A stretch of DNA of 64,000 bases from the NCBI GenBank assembly GCA_964016885.1, contig OZ024740.1, positions 198,772,001 through 198,836,000 on the forward strand. The letters are read 5' to 3'. Origin of the DNA: Eledone cirrhosa. Taxonomy: Eukaryota. Below, one piece after another: positions 29,701 through 44,801 of this stretch. A model generated the notes under the pieces. That model saw only the letters and a list, made by a program, of their open reading frames with translations, was not told the DNA's origin and made no database searches. The position numbers were made by a program, and so were the translations under genes. The first letter of the stretch is position 1, and each line of letters starts with the position of its first letter.

Positions 29701-29785
29701 CTCTCGGACAGATTAGAGATTTAATCTGTTTCGCCCTGAAAATTGTGTTTGTAACAGATAATCCGTAAGCTTTCCTCAGCGAGAG
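29701..29785 (-). ncRNA. Type I hammerhead ribozyme with GUC cleavage site
   Basis: minus strand reads ctctcg-CTGAGGA-aagctt..gggc-GAAA-cagatta/taatctg-TC-cgagag; 6-bp stem I and 7-bp stem III; inside the (TA)n-flanked insert 29578-30080. Confidence 0.8.
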
Positions 29786-30075
29786 AGAAGTTTAAATGGA
29801 ACAAACACATACAACTAAAAGCCACACGAATAAATATCTCACCTCTTGCGCTGGACGTTAGAAGTGGTGTGAGTGGATATGTTAAAAACAATAGCCTTAA
29901 TACCCAACTTATAAGCTCACCTAGTTACGGAGCCGAAATACAAATAAAATACAGAGTTACTAACTCATATCGATACCCTGCAATTAACAAGCTCAAAGTC
30001 TAAATGCTGAGAATTATGTAATAATATATGCAGGGTATCAATATGAATTAGTAACTCTGTATTTTATTTGTATAT

Positions 30076-30234
<159 letters not shown>

Positions 30235-30283
30235 TGTGTGTGCGTGTGTGTTGGTTTACCTTATACGATACCTTGTTTACTTC

Positions 30284-30321
<38 letters not shown>

Positions 30322-31887
30322 ATGATTAAACCGGTGTATTGAAATAATTGTTAAGAAATAAATATTCTAAGAAATCTATTCCATCATCTGAATGTATTGT
30401 ATATGCTCTGTGTTATGTATGTGAACGTTTTCTTCTATCTGTACCTGATATCTATTCTATAATTCTATCTGTAATACCATAAACACATTGAACTTAAATA
30501 TATCATTGTGTGGCAATGTTAATTCACTTCAGTTAATTCTCTTCATATGTATATATATTTATGGTTATATGCGTATGTGTACATATAGTAGTTTTCTACA
30601 TCTGCTTATATAAATTATATGAATTCGAACAAAAATAAAACATTACATAGGAAGACAGTAGAAACTTTATGGAAATATATTGTTAAACTTTAAAACAAAA
30701 GCAATACAAATGTTACATGTGTTTAAACTAGCAATACGAATGTTATGGCTTCTGGGAAAAGGGGAGAATATTTAAAAGCAACAAAATTTATATCGTTAAG
30801 CGACATACGTGATGTAGGCTGTGAAAAGGAGACAGACATATACCATAATGCACAAAATATAGATGATTATATATACCAACTAAATAGTAAATGATGTAAC
30901 AATAATGATGTTCTTCTGTATTTGGCACAAGACTAGCAATTCTAAAAGGAAGAGAAATGTCGATTACGTCGACTCCAATGCGTTAATTGTACTTCATTTT
31001 ATTGACCCTTGCAATGACGAAAGCTAAATCTAACCTTGGTGGTATTTGAACTCAGAACTTAAAGAGCCAAAACAATATGGCGTAAGCCATGTTTACTGAC
31101 GCCAATCTCGAACCTTTGTAAACACTAATTATTATAGTGTTTATTAGCCACAACGGGATGACATCAAGAAAACATGAAAGACACCACAAGACGGGACTCG
31201 GGTTTTTGCGAGTAAAAAACGAGGTAAAATAAAAACAATAAAATGTTAAATGTTCAAAGGGAATTACCCAATACCGAGGCGTCTTCCCATATTTATTCGT
31301 GGGGCCCTTAATCAGAGCATGTTCGTTCACTCAGAACATGAGCGACATTCATAACCAAATGGGTTGCAATGCAATACTTCCGTTTCCATTTTGATTTTCA
31401 TCTTCAAATGAAAGTTGAAAATGTTAATCAGGCCTTTACCGTAAAGAAGAGTGCGTTCACCTTTCTCATCGACACCTTTTGGAAGGTTGATCGATGGGAG
31501 ATAAGTCGTCTTTTAAAAGCTGTTTTTCCTTTGGAAACATAGCTGCGAATAAGGAAGAAGGTAAAAGGGTGTCAACCTTCATTATGTGGGAAGAAATGAG
31601 GAAGAGATAAGAATTAGATGAGGAAGGCAACAGGACGTATAGGGATGGCATGTTCTTACGTCCTTTGAAAGAGGTAAGAGTTTATTCTTTTAGAGGTTTA
31701 TATTCTCGAATAAGACGGTAATAATTGTTGAAATTTTGACATAGGAATATTTTTCTATGTATGAAGGAACATTTCCATAAATCTTCTAATTAAAAAAATG
31801 GAGGTGTTTCCCAAGCATTTAACTTAATAGTTAATTTTATATTGTATTGTGATATAAGTATTCACACACACACACATACACATATAC

Positions 31888-31933
<46 letters not shown>

Positions 31934-33601
31934 TTCTGTCTGTGTGTCTGTGTCTCATTTAATGGCCCCATTCATATAACTGCGGCCTATTTCCTCGATA
32001 TTTATATTTCTTGAACCACATAACATAGATCAAATTGATATATGCTTGCTGTTACAAGGCGAATCCCTTATCTCTACAGCCAGATATCCCCCAAAATATA
32101 TAGATTGACGTCTGTATAAAAAATAAATAAATATAAGTATTTACATATATTATTACCTTTCCTCTATTCTTACAAGTGACATCATTCATGTCTCGATTGC
32201 AAAATAACATTCGAGACAGACTGACACACACATACGCGCGCATTACCTATATATACAAGCACACGCTTGGCCTCAACACACTCAATCAACTGCGTGCGGA
32301 CTCACACGTACAAATTACACGTATAAAGACATATTGCTGTCCAATGCAACCTCACGTACACATACACACAAATTTATACATACAACATGCTTGCACTGCA
32401 AACAATTATAATACATACACACACACATACAGACATTCATTCACACACACACTCACACACTCTCTTTCTCTTTCTTTCCTTCTCTCAAATACATACATAC
32501 ATCCTAAATCTTACACTTTTATTCACTCTGTCTTACTCTCTTTCTCCCTCTCACCCTCCACACACAGTCTCAGTTGGTAGGTAAGAAAATTTAAAAGAAT
32601 AAAACTAGTCATCATTTGAGAAAAATGGACTGATATCGAGACATTTTATCAAACAGCCTGAGGGGGGAGTTTCCAGATTTTTCTTTCCTATTCAGGAAGA
32701 ACGTGCTATACATGAGACTCAGGAAATTAGGAACTATTGCTTTTTAAAAAACAAATTAAACAAGGAACGTCGATCGGCAATAGGAGACATACCTGACATA
32801 ATTTTTCTTAAATGAATTGGCCTGTAACTATATATTTATAAATATATACTAATACATAAATGTCCCTATATATGCATATATGTATGTATGTGTATATGCA
32901 TGTATATATGTATGTATTTAGGTATGTATTTATGAATGTATTATACATGTATGCATGTATGCCCGTATCTATGTCTATATGTATATATGTGTATGAATGT
33001 CAGCATGTATGTATACATTTATGTATGTATGTATAATGTATGTATGTATGACTACAGTGTTCCGAACTAGTATGGCGAACAGCTTCCTCTGAGTGCCTCC
33101 AGCAAAAACCACAAATGATTTCGTGATGAGAAAAAAGCTCAACCGTCAGTTATTGAACATTGGCAATGTAAGCCGGTATCTCTGAATACGAGTGAATAGC
33201 ATTCCATGATCGGAAAAGAAACTCTGCAGTTGAAAAGATAATGCTTAACAAATGATAAAGCACGATGCTCAATAGCTGCGAGCTGTTGATCCGCCATGCT
33301 GTAGAAGAATCCAGGTTGATCTCCCAGGCAATGTATGCGGCCAAAACACTTCTTTGAAATCGGTCTTGTCATTAAGGAAATCACAAGTTAGAATAAGACA
33401 AGACTTTGTTGCCTGACCACTGCTGTGCTACATGTTAAACAGGATACAACTGGCGTTCTCGACTGCAGCAAGAAAGTTGCTCTGCTTGGAATCGAGTTGA
33501 AGGCCAAACTACACATTTATAAATGTATATATATTTACAGTATATACATATATGTAGACTCCCACTCACACACACACACACACACACATACATATGTGTG
33601 G

Positions 33602-33635
<34 letters not shown>

Positions 33636-33860
33636 GAATATTTGTGTGTGTAAATATGCGTATATACTGTATATATATATATACATATATAGGTTTTAAT
33701 GATGATTTCATTTAGCTGGGTAGTTATAATTTATGTGGTGCGCTTTTACCTGCTTTAGAATTTGTGTTGCGTGGTTTTGGCTAATTTGTACTCAATTGGT
33801 ATTCAACGTATAAACAGGGTTGTATATATATACTTCGAAGTATGAGTGTGTCCGTGTTTA

Positions 33861-33920
<60 letters not shown>

Positions 33921-34009
33921 GGTGTGTGTATGTGTGTGTGTGTGTGTCTGTGTGTGTGTGTGTGTAGTAAAAGTCGGTGAAATGCGGTAAAAAATACAAA
34001 GGGCAAACC

Positions 34010-37000
34010 AAACACTTATGCTCACTTCATCACGCGATGAAGCTGTCAATATTTCCAATATCTTTGAGAATATAAACACACACGTAACGTGTGAGGGTGA
34101 CACCCAGATACCACATAAATCCCTCCCTCTATTCGACTTCACACCAAGAGTCACAGAGAAGGGATCTTAATACTCGAAGTTTTATAGGAAGGATGCCTGC
34201 AGAGACATTTTTGTGCAGCACAACTGCACTCTACCCTACAGGGCCAAAAGAGTATATATACAGAATAAGATCTCCCGAATACGCAACAAATGCACCAAGT
34301 ACGGTGAAATTCTTTGAGAAGACTGCTCCACATGCACTAGTCATAATACAGCGGCATATGCACGTTTCTAATTGCACCGTCAACAACGCTGAAATGTGTA
34401 CGAATGAATATGTAGTAGGCATATTCCTAAAGTACACTTGTGTTAAAAAATAATTGAGTATGCCATTTTTAGATGAACTTTTACTAGAAAATACTTGTGA
34501 GCATGTTAAACAATATCTGAATTTTAAAAAACACTTGCACAAGGTAGATTCTTTAACATTGATTAACTAATATAGAATTTCATATACAATATACGTGTGT
34601 ATGTAATAAATATATAGTGTGCAATTTAACAGTTTATAAAATATAGTGTTCTTCTTCAAATTGTTTAATGGATCAACTTTATTGCTTGTTCATCACTTAT
34701 TTGTCAGTTTAATCTGTTAATAAAATTCATAAAATACATAAATAGAATAAATTAAAATTCAAAGTTCAGTAATCGATTTATGCAAGCTACCTACTGAGCA
34801 ACAGATCGTTGATAGATATATCACTCTTGCTGCTGAAGAGAAAAATACCAAAAAAAGAATTAAGATAATTACTGGAGAATGTGAAAGTTTATGGGAAAGG
34901 TTCAGCTTTCCAACTATCAACAAACTTTCAATACCTCGAAAAATAGAAGAAATAATAAAAGAAAAAGGAAAATAGAAGTGAAAAGACCTGGCTCTGCGAA
35001 TTTCAATAATCTGTTTGACATTACAAAAAGATATGGGATATGGTTAGTAGCCGAAGATTTGTCATTTTATGAAAAGCAAATTGAGAGTTGTGGAAAGGTT
35101 GGGTATACTAAAATGAAAATAGACAGTGAAAAGAAAATCCATCCTTCTAAGAGAATTAAAAACAAAAAACAAGAACTAGATCATGATAAGCCATCCTGCT
35201 CATACATTCATCTGGACTCAAATGAAAGTAACAGTGACACCGATACAAATACCAGCGATTACAAACCTTCACCTTCACCAGAAAAAAAAACGAAAAAGAG
35301 AAAACACATCTCATGCTGTTAACCTAGTAAGAAATACTAAATTACCTAGTAGAAAAACAGCAGCAGTTTGCAACAAATTTAAAAGTGGTGGTATTAAGGT
35401 GAGCACACCGTGTCAGTCGGCAGTGCACAAAGCAGTTATCAGAGAAGGTGAGAAACTCATGGACAAGTGGAAAAATGAACTCAAAAGGGAAAAATGGAGC
35501 CTTCATTTTGATGGAAAACGAATGAGAGACGTAGAATATCAGGTTGTAATGATTAAAAATAATGATAAAGAAATACGCCTGAGGCCGATGGCATTAACCG
35601 ATGGAAAGGCTCTTACTATATTTAATGGATTGAAAGAAGTCATTGACAAATATGAACTGTGGGAATCTATCTCCGACGAAACTAGTGCCAATGCCGGCAA
35701 AAAGGCAGGAGTTGTTGCCATGCTCAACAGTGAGTTCGCGCGTCGCAGTTACAGCAAGCCATTATATGTTGGATGCCAGCACCACATTTTAGACCGTGCA
35801 TTGAAAGCTTATTTTGCTCAACTATATAGTAGGAAAACAACTTCGCCATATATCAATTATTACTTTGTTGAGGCCATTTTAAAGAACTATGACGAACTGA
35901 AGCAGAACTTTTCAAATGAAACGACGGAAATTAATGAAACCCCGACGCGCTGGAGAAGTGACATGGATTTCCTTCAGCATCTCATGATAGCCGTGCAACA
36001 TTTCTTTGAAAACGGTGCGTTTCCTAAAATAAATTTTAAGAAATTACCTAATTTGCATAATGCTCGTTGGAATAGCCGAGCAATTTATTTGTTGCTTGGG
36101 TGATGCCTGCTGAACGAGCGAGCTGCGCGCTGATGTCGAATACATCTGCGGAATGTGGGGAAAAATGTGATTCTCAAGTCAACTGTACAGAGCTGACAGC
36201 AAGCAGAAACTCATTGACCAACTAATTAAGGCCAAGTGTGAAAAGACTGCAAACACCGTCAGAAAAGTTTAGTCTAATGAAGAATCTCCAATTGTGATGC
36301 AACGCTCGAACATTTGCGCTGAGCGAGCTGTAAAAGTTGTGCAGGACCTTTTGGCATTTTGTAAAAGACCCTAGAGATTAAATTTTATTTAACTAATAAT
36401 TAAAATAAAATTTTTATTGTCATAATTTATTGTTTTAGGTATTTATTTTATGGGACTGGCTAATTACCAACAAATACAAAATATAATTTAGTATGTGCAA
36501 GAATTTTTTTAAAAATTTACAAAATAACTACTGTAATTCTTTCTTTATGACAAAAACCTCATTAGAAAATAGCATACTCATATGGGGTTGTAAAAAAGTC
36601 ATATGCCTAATATGTAGTCGATAAGATCCCGTGCATAAAATCTAGCTTGTCGTACATCGGAAGTTCGATAAGGAGGCTACACATACGCATCAATGAGCAC
36701 GAGACGATGATAGCTTCTTCCGTTAAAATATATATAGACAGATGCCGCAGCCAAGACATTGAGGCCACAATAGAGGCGACTGAAAGGAATATTGGCAATT
36801 TACGGATTAAAGAGGCCATTTTTCTCATCGAATAAAACCAAGGATAAATAATAGATCAGATATGCACGAGGCACAGTGGTTACCCCGCGCATGCGATTTA
36901 CGCTCAAATAGACCCTTTTGGGAAGAATACTTCGATCGGTCGTTTTGTTTTGTTTTCGACTCTTTCCTTTTTGCATCCGAAAAGCGGGTAATTAGCCCTG

Positions 37001-37140
37001 AAATATCATGCTGGCTGAAATAACTGGGTAAATCATTGTTTTGTTTTGTTTTATTTGTTACCATTTGTTATTTTTTTTTACCGCATTGTGCCGGTTTTTT
37101 TTTAAACTATCGGTATTATTCTACATATCTCACAGTGCTT
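34010..37140 (+). mobile_element. Decayed PLE 3' region (GIY-YIG EN) split by the hAT insertion, with a degenerate minimal hammerhead at 36973-37011
   Basis: joining the flanks gives CTNEYVV|DKIPCIKSSLSYIGSSIRRLHIRINEH; gcat-CCGAAAA-..-GAAA-ta-TC-atgc lies downstream. Confidence 0.75.
34416..36609 (+). mobile_element. hAT-superfamily (hATm-like) DNA transposon with a disrupted transposase
   Basis: TIR TAGGCATAT plus subterminal tgagtatgc; 8-bp TSD ATATGTAG at 34408-34415 and 36610-36617; ORF motifs LHFDGK, SDETSANAG, CQHH, HNARW and downstream AERAVK. Confidence 0.9.
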
Positions 37141-37425
37141 TGTATTAATAAAGCTAATATATATATTTCTGATCACCAAGCTTCACAATACCCCCATGGT
37201 TGTAATCCGGTTTTCCGACGGACAAGCTACCGCCAACCTATTGCCGTCCGCACATAAAAGCCAGTACTAATTGTGACAAGTAACTAAGACGTATCTACTT
37301 TTCAATTCCTCTAAAGGGTACATATGTGTCTGTGCATGTGTGCACGTATATACATATGTGTGTGTATGTGCGTATATATATGTTACAATGATATATTTAT
37401 GTATGGATGTATATGCATCTATATG

Positions 37426-37456
<31 letters not shown>

Positions 37457-37488
37457 TTATTAAAATAACAGATTAAAGTTTAAGCAAA

Positions 37489-37618
<130 letters not shown>

Positions 37619-38242
37619 GTGTGTCTGTGTCTGTGTTAGCATGTATATATATATTTGTGTGTATGTGTGAAGGTACGTAGATGTGTGTTTGCGGGCGTGT
37701 ACTAAATGTTTACAATATGGATTATAATTTTTAACACTTATAAGTTTTAACACCAACAGTTATAATTCTAATATCTCTTACTATCAGCACTCTTAATATA
37801 GATAAGCATCCAGATTCCCAGATGAACACATATCTCCTTACATACATGAACTCTTCACTATCACAACATGACTGGTAGTAGTTGACCTTTTTACGCCACT
37901 GACACTAGGGTCAATTAGATCACCTAGACCAGAACACCCCTATGTTCTACTATATACAGTTATTATAGCTCGTTGTTAAAAACAAACCTAGCAGTCTGAC
38001 CTTTTTCAAGGACATCTGACCTAAGAAATTCAATAGACTTGGTACTGGAGTGTAAAAATAGTATCTGACCAATGAGGAGAAGGTATATTCTTCGGATGCT
38101 TGAATTCGTTCGTTATAATTCATATGCTACCAGTTCTTTGAGAAAACAACACTACACTCCGGAACTGGGCATATCAACGAAATAACGGAGGTAAGCTTTG
38201 TTCCACCATTATGCTTCTTGTTTTTTTTCTGTTCAAGTTGTA

Positions 38243-38301
38243 GCTGCCTGATGTGGTCATAGCAGTTGAATAATAGTTATCACCGAAATATATATTGCAA
38301 C
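38243..38301 (+). ncRNA. Hammerhead-like motif with A9 mutated, ~50 bp upstream of (TA)n
   Basis: gctgc-CTGATGT-ggtcatagc/gttatcacc-GAAA-tatata-TT-gcaac. Confidence 0.6.
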
Positions 38302-38344
38302 GAATATGAATAAACGAATATAATCTTAACCTGTTGACTTTCAC

Positions 38345-39243
<899 letters not shown>

Positions 39244-39855
39244 GGGAGAGAGAGAGTGAGACAGAGAGAGAGAGAGAGGCGGTTAGATCATTAGATAGTC
39301 AGATAGATAGCTAAAAAATCAAGTTCTTTTGAAAAGTGATTAACATTTAATATTTCACTATTGTTTCTTATCACCTGAATGATATTCAGGTGCAGTAAAT
39401 TTGATACCTGCTTTTACTAATCACATTTGCATTTGCACTTATTTTCCCTCCGAGTTTTGTATTCATATAATGACCAATATGTATCAATCGACATGTTCTA
39501 CAAAGATTGTCATTAAACATAAGTACTGTGGAGATGTTATCGCTAATATTAAGATCACGTTTTTTCCTTTATTTTAAAGATTGTGTCTACGTTTTTGTTG
39601 CCGTGTGCTTTGACCCCTCAGCCCTCCACCACCACCAAAACTAACTATAATTAGATTCTACTTTGTTGGGTAATTCGTATATTTTACATTATCTTTAATA
39701 CCATACTGTTAAATGGTACTGTAACTGTATTAAACTTTGTATCCATCATATTTGGGGAGCGCTATATTCCCACGGGCATTAGAGGATTTCGCTTCGTTTT
39801 TATTATTATTTCGTTATCTTATATAATTCTCAAAGCTCTTTCGTCATTCTTTCAA

Positions 39856-39921
<66 letters not shown>

Positions 39922-40337
39922 TAACAGATTAAAGTTAAACAAAGAATCTCTGCTTTCACCATAGGGTTCTTATATATTTGAATATTTGATATATATTTAT
40001 CCATATCGAGCCCTCTTTGGATTTTAGTCTTCACATTTATTATTATTACTATATATATATATATATATATATATTCAAACAGAACTTAAAACGATAAGTT
40101 CTTCTTTTTGGGATATGCCACTATTTATAAAACAACTTTTGTATTTTATCTGATGAGTGCTTACCAAAATGTTGGTACCCTTGAAATATATATAATAAAA
40201 TAGATATGGTTTTATAAAGATAGTTTCCATTTATTAATATCATTGATATTATACTCCAGAAGAAACATGTAGCGTGCTTTGCTTCGAATCTGTTATAATT
40301 AAATTTGTTGAATAACCACAAATTGAATAACTCTTTG

Positions 40338-40398
<61 letters not shown>

Positions 40399-40569
40399 GT
40401 GTGTGTCTGTGTGTGTGAGTGTGTGTACGCGTGTGTGCCTTTACACGCGTCTGTTGTGTATGTGTGAATATCTGTTTCTCTGTGTATGAATGTGAGTTCG
40501 CCCGCGATTTTCTCCTGAATTGCCGGTGATGAGTTGAGTTGTACGCAACTATGAATACATAACAGACAC

Positions 40570-40634
<65 letters not shown>

Positions 40635-41342
40635 GTATATTAGTGAATATATATATACTCATATACTGGTGTACGAAAGACTGTACACCTACCAGCAAGC
40701 CTCTGCGCGGTCTCAAAAAACCAAGACGACTCAATAATTGATGAGTTATAAGTTCACGATAAAACTATCCTTAATATATGACCTTCTAGCTCTATAGAGC
40801 TGAATCCATTGGACTACTACATACGGGTCGTTGTCTTGAGGCAAGTCAATCAACGCCCCCCCCCCATAACACTAAACAATCTAGGAAGTCCGCCATTACT
40901 AGCACAATGTCTAAAGTAGATAAATCTGATTCGAGTATGTCAAAGTTCCAATACTTACATTGAAACAGGGACCTATGTTAAGGACAAATTCATAAAATAG
41001 ATCCTTCTAGAAATGTTTCAAGACAATTCATGTCAATTGTTTGTTTCTAAAATAAATTACTTCTCTCCTGACTTATGCGTTATTTACCAGATACATCCTC
41101 TCCCTTTAAACTTTCTACTTTTCTTTTGTAACTATTTCCTTCTTGAAGGAAATAACACAACCATATCAAAATAATGTCAATATCAAGTGAGAATTTAGTC
41201 CTTGTCTCGGTAAAAATCTAGGCAGCTAGAGGAAAAATTGCCGTAAATGATATTTTGTGTATATCTCTGTACCATAGTCGTCCCTCAGAAATCTCTCCAG
41301 ACTTTGGATATTCTTTAACAAACTAGACTACATTACAACACC

Positions 41343-41428
<86 letters not shown>

Positions 41429-41433
<5 letters not shown>

Positions 41434-42010
41434 TAGAATTGGTGCTCTGAAATAGCTATATATATATGAATGTATATATAGTGTATTTTGCAATACACTG
41501 TATGCTTAATTAAAAGCATTTCGAAGACCTTATGCTATTGTGTTAGAGTAGTGATAGTCTCACTTACTTTAATGTTCAGCAAACAGGGGAGATAAAGCCC
41601 ACAGAGGCCTGTTTCGCATTTGTTGATGCTTATCAAGGCTAACTACTCCTCCTGTTTGCTGAAAATCATGGATGTTTGATTCTTATAGAATTCTAGTAAA
41701 TAATCAGGAACTGATTATATAGAGCGGTTGCCGGTCAAGCATGAATTGAAAATTAGAATTGGTGCTCTGAAATAGCTATATATATATATGAATGTATATA
41801 TAGTGTATTTTGCAATACACTGTATGCTTAATTAAAAGCATTTCGAAATGGGGCTCTGGCGGCTTTATCTCTCATGTTTGCTGATAATTAAAGTAAGTAT
41901 CACTACTCTAAAGTAAGTATCACTACTCTAAAACAATAGCATAAGGTCTTCGAAATGCTTTTTATTAAGCATACAGTGTATTGCAAAATACACTATATAT
42001 ACATTCATAT
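41429..42010. mobile_element. Hammerhead element with a ~321-bp unit: 1.3 tandem copies on the minus strand plus an inverted arm, in (TA)n
   Basis: 41429-41525 recurs at 41750-41847; 41849-42010 is inverted; minus-strand motif 41596-41641 agcc-TTGATAA-gcat/atgc-GAAA-cag/ctg-T(C)-ggct. Confidence 0.85.
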
Positions 42011-42025
42011 ATATATATATATATA

Positions 42026-42102
<77 letters not shown>

Positions 42103-42106
<4 letters not shown>

Positions 42107-44162
42107 TGAAACAAAATGAAAACGAAATTTCATTTCTCACTCTTAGTATGGCACTTACTTAAATGTAAGTATGCATGTATACGTACATACATATATGTAT
42201 GGCATAAATTCAGGCTGTTCAGTTTGTTTACAAACGAACAAAGCGACGTTAGCGCCGCTAAACTGATACGTGCATATATGTATGTGTACCTGTATGCATA
42301 TGTATATATATATGTATATATATATATATGTGTGCATGCTACTGTAAGTCTGTATACATATATGTATGTACGTATACATGCATACTTACATTTAAGTAAG
42401 TGCCATACTAAGAGTGAGAAATGAAATTTCGTTTTCATTTTGTTTCAATTTATCGTTTTCGGTATGCCTGACCGATTTAACTCACTCAATATGCAAATTA
42501 GGCTGCTCAGCCGTTAATTTTCCTAAGGAAAGTATATACTTTCGAACGTTCAACTATCTGGCAGATGGGTAAACGGTGCTGATGATAGCTAACAAGCTTG
42601 AAACTAGTACATCGTTCCTGTATCAGTGTTGAACAAAAAGGTGACGTGGTTGCCTTAACACCGTATGGCATAAATTCAGGCTGTTCAGTTTGTTTACAAA
42701 CGAACAAAGCGACGTTAGCGCCGCTAAACTGATACGTGCATATATGTATGTGTACCTGTATACATATGTATATATATATGTATATATATATATGTGCATG
42801 CTACTGTACGTCTGTATACATATATGTATGTACGTATACATGCATACTTACATTTAAGTAAGTGCCATACTAAGAGTGAGAAATGAAATTTCGTTTTCAT
42901 TTTGTTTCAATTTATCGTTTTCGGTATGCCTGACCGATTTAACTCACTCAATATGCAAATTAGGCTGCTCAGACGTTAATTTTCATAAGGAAAGTATATA
43001 CTTCCGAACGTTCAACTATCTGGCAGATGGGTAAACGGTGCTGATGATAGCTAACAAGCTTGAAACTAGTACATCGTTCCTGTGTCAGTGCTGAACAAAA
43101 AGGTGACGTGGTTGCCTTAACACCGTATGGCATAAATTCAGGCTGTTCAGTTTGTTTACAAACGAACAAAGCGACGTTAGCGCCGCTAAACTGATACGTG
43201 CATATATGTATGTGTACCTGTATGCATATGTATATATATATGTATATATATATATATATGTTCATGCTACTGTACGTCTGTATACATATATGTATGTACG
43301 TATACATGCATACTTACATTTAAGTAAGTGCCATACTAAGAGTGAGAAATGAAATTTCGTTTTCATTTTGTTTCAATTTATCGTTTTCGGTATGCCTGAC
43401 CGATTTAACTCACTCAATATGCAAATTAGGCTGCTCAGCCGTTAATTTTCCTAAGGAAAGTATATACTTTCGAACGTTCAACTATCTGGCAGATGGGTAA
43501 ACGGTGCTGATGATAGCTAACAAGCTTGAAACTAGTACATCGTTCCTGTATCAGTGTTGAACAAAAAGGTGACGTGGTTGCCTTAACACCGTATGGCATA
43601 AATTCAGGCTGTTCAGTTTGTTTACAAACGAACAAAGCGACGTTAGCGCCGCTAAACTGATACGTGCATATATGTATGTGTACCTGTATACATATGTATA
43701 TATATATGTATATATATATATGTGCATGCTACTGTACGTCTGTATACATATATGTATGTACGTATACATGCATACTTACATTTAAGTAAGTGCCATACTA
43801 AGAGTGAGAAATGAAATTTCGTTTTCATTTTGTTTCAATTTATCGTTTTCGGTATGCCTGACCGATTTAACTCACTCAGTATGCAAATTAGGCTGCTCAG
43901 CCGTTAATTTTCATAAGGAAAGTATATACTTTCGAACGTTCAACTATCTGGCAGATGGGTAAACGGTGCTGATGATAGCTAACAAGCTTGAAACTAGTAC
44001 ATCGTTCCTGTGTCAGTGTTGAACAAAAAGGTGACGTGGTTGCCTTAACACCGTATGGCATAAATTCAGGCTGTTCAGTTTGTTTACAAACGAACAAAGC
44101 GACGTTAGCGCCGCTAAACTGATACGTGCATATATGTATGTGTACCTGTATGCATATGTATG

Positions 44163-44193
<31 letters not shown>

Positions 44194-44733
44194 GTGCATG
44201 CTACTGTACGTCTGTATACATATATGTATGTACGTATACATGCATACTTACATTTAAGTAAGTGCCATACTAAGAGTGAGAAATGAAATTTCGTTTTCAT
44301 TTTGTTTCAATTTATCGTTTTCGGTATGCCTGACCGATTTAACTCACTCAATATGCAAATTAGGCTGCTCAGCCGTTAATTTTCATAAGGAAAGTATATA
44401 CTTTCGAACGTTCAACTATCTGGCAGATGGGTAAACGGTGCTGATGATAGCTAACAAGCTTGAAACTAGTACATCGTTCCTGTGTCAGTGTTGAACAAAA
44501 AAAAAAAAAAAAAAAAAAAAAAGGTGACGTGGTTGCCTTAACACCGTATGGCATAAATTCAGGCTGTTCAGTTTGTTTACAAACGAACAAAGCGACGTTA
44601 GCGCCGCTAAACTGATACGTGCATATATGTATGTGTACCTGTATGCATATGTATATATATATGTATATATATATATATATGTTCATGCTACTGTACGTCT
44701 GTATACATATATGTATGTACGTATACATGCATA

Positions 44734-44737
<4 letters not shown>
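42103..44737 (+). mobile_element. Tandem array of ~5.5 copies of a 462-472-bp unit, each complete unit with a type I hammerhead (retrozyme-like), preceded by a ~100-bp inverted arm
   Basis: CTGATGA at 42579, 43041, 43507, 43969 and 44441; aacggtg-CTGATGA-tagctaacaagctt-GAAA-ctag-TA-catcgtt; 42103-42200 is the reverse complement of 42355-42452; (TA)n on both sides. Confidence 0.9.
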
Positions 44738-44781
<44 letters not shown>

Positions 44782-44801
44782 CATACATACATATATAATA
44801 T

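Noticed and set aside
42196-44737. CRISPR array or repeated protein-coding gene
   Set aside because: Whole units repeat with no unique spacers, the context is eukaryotic, and the ORFs are low-complexity and break between units
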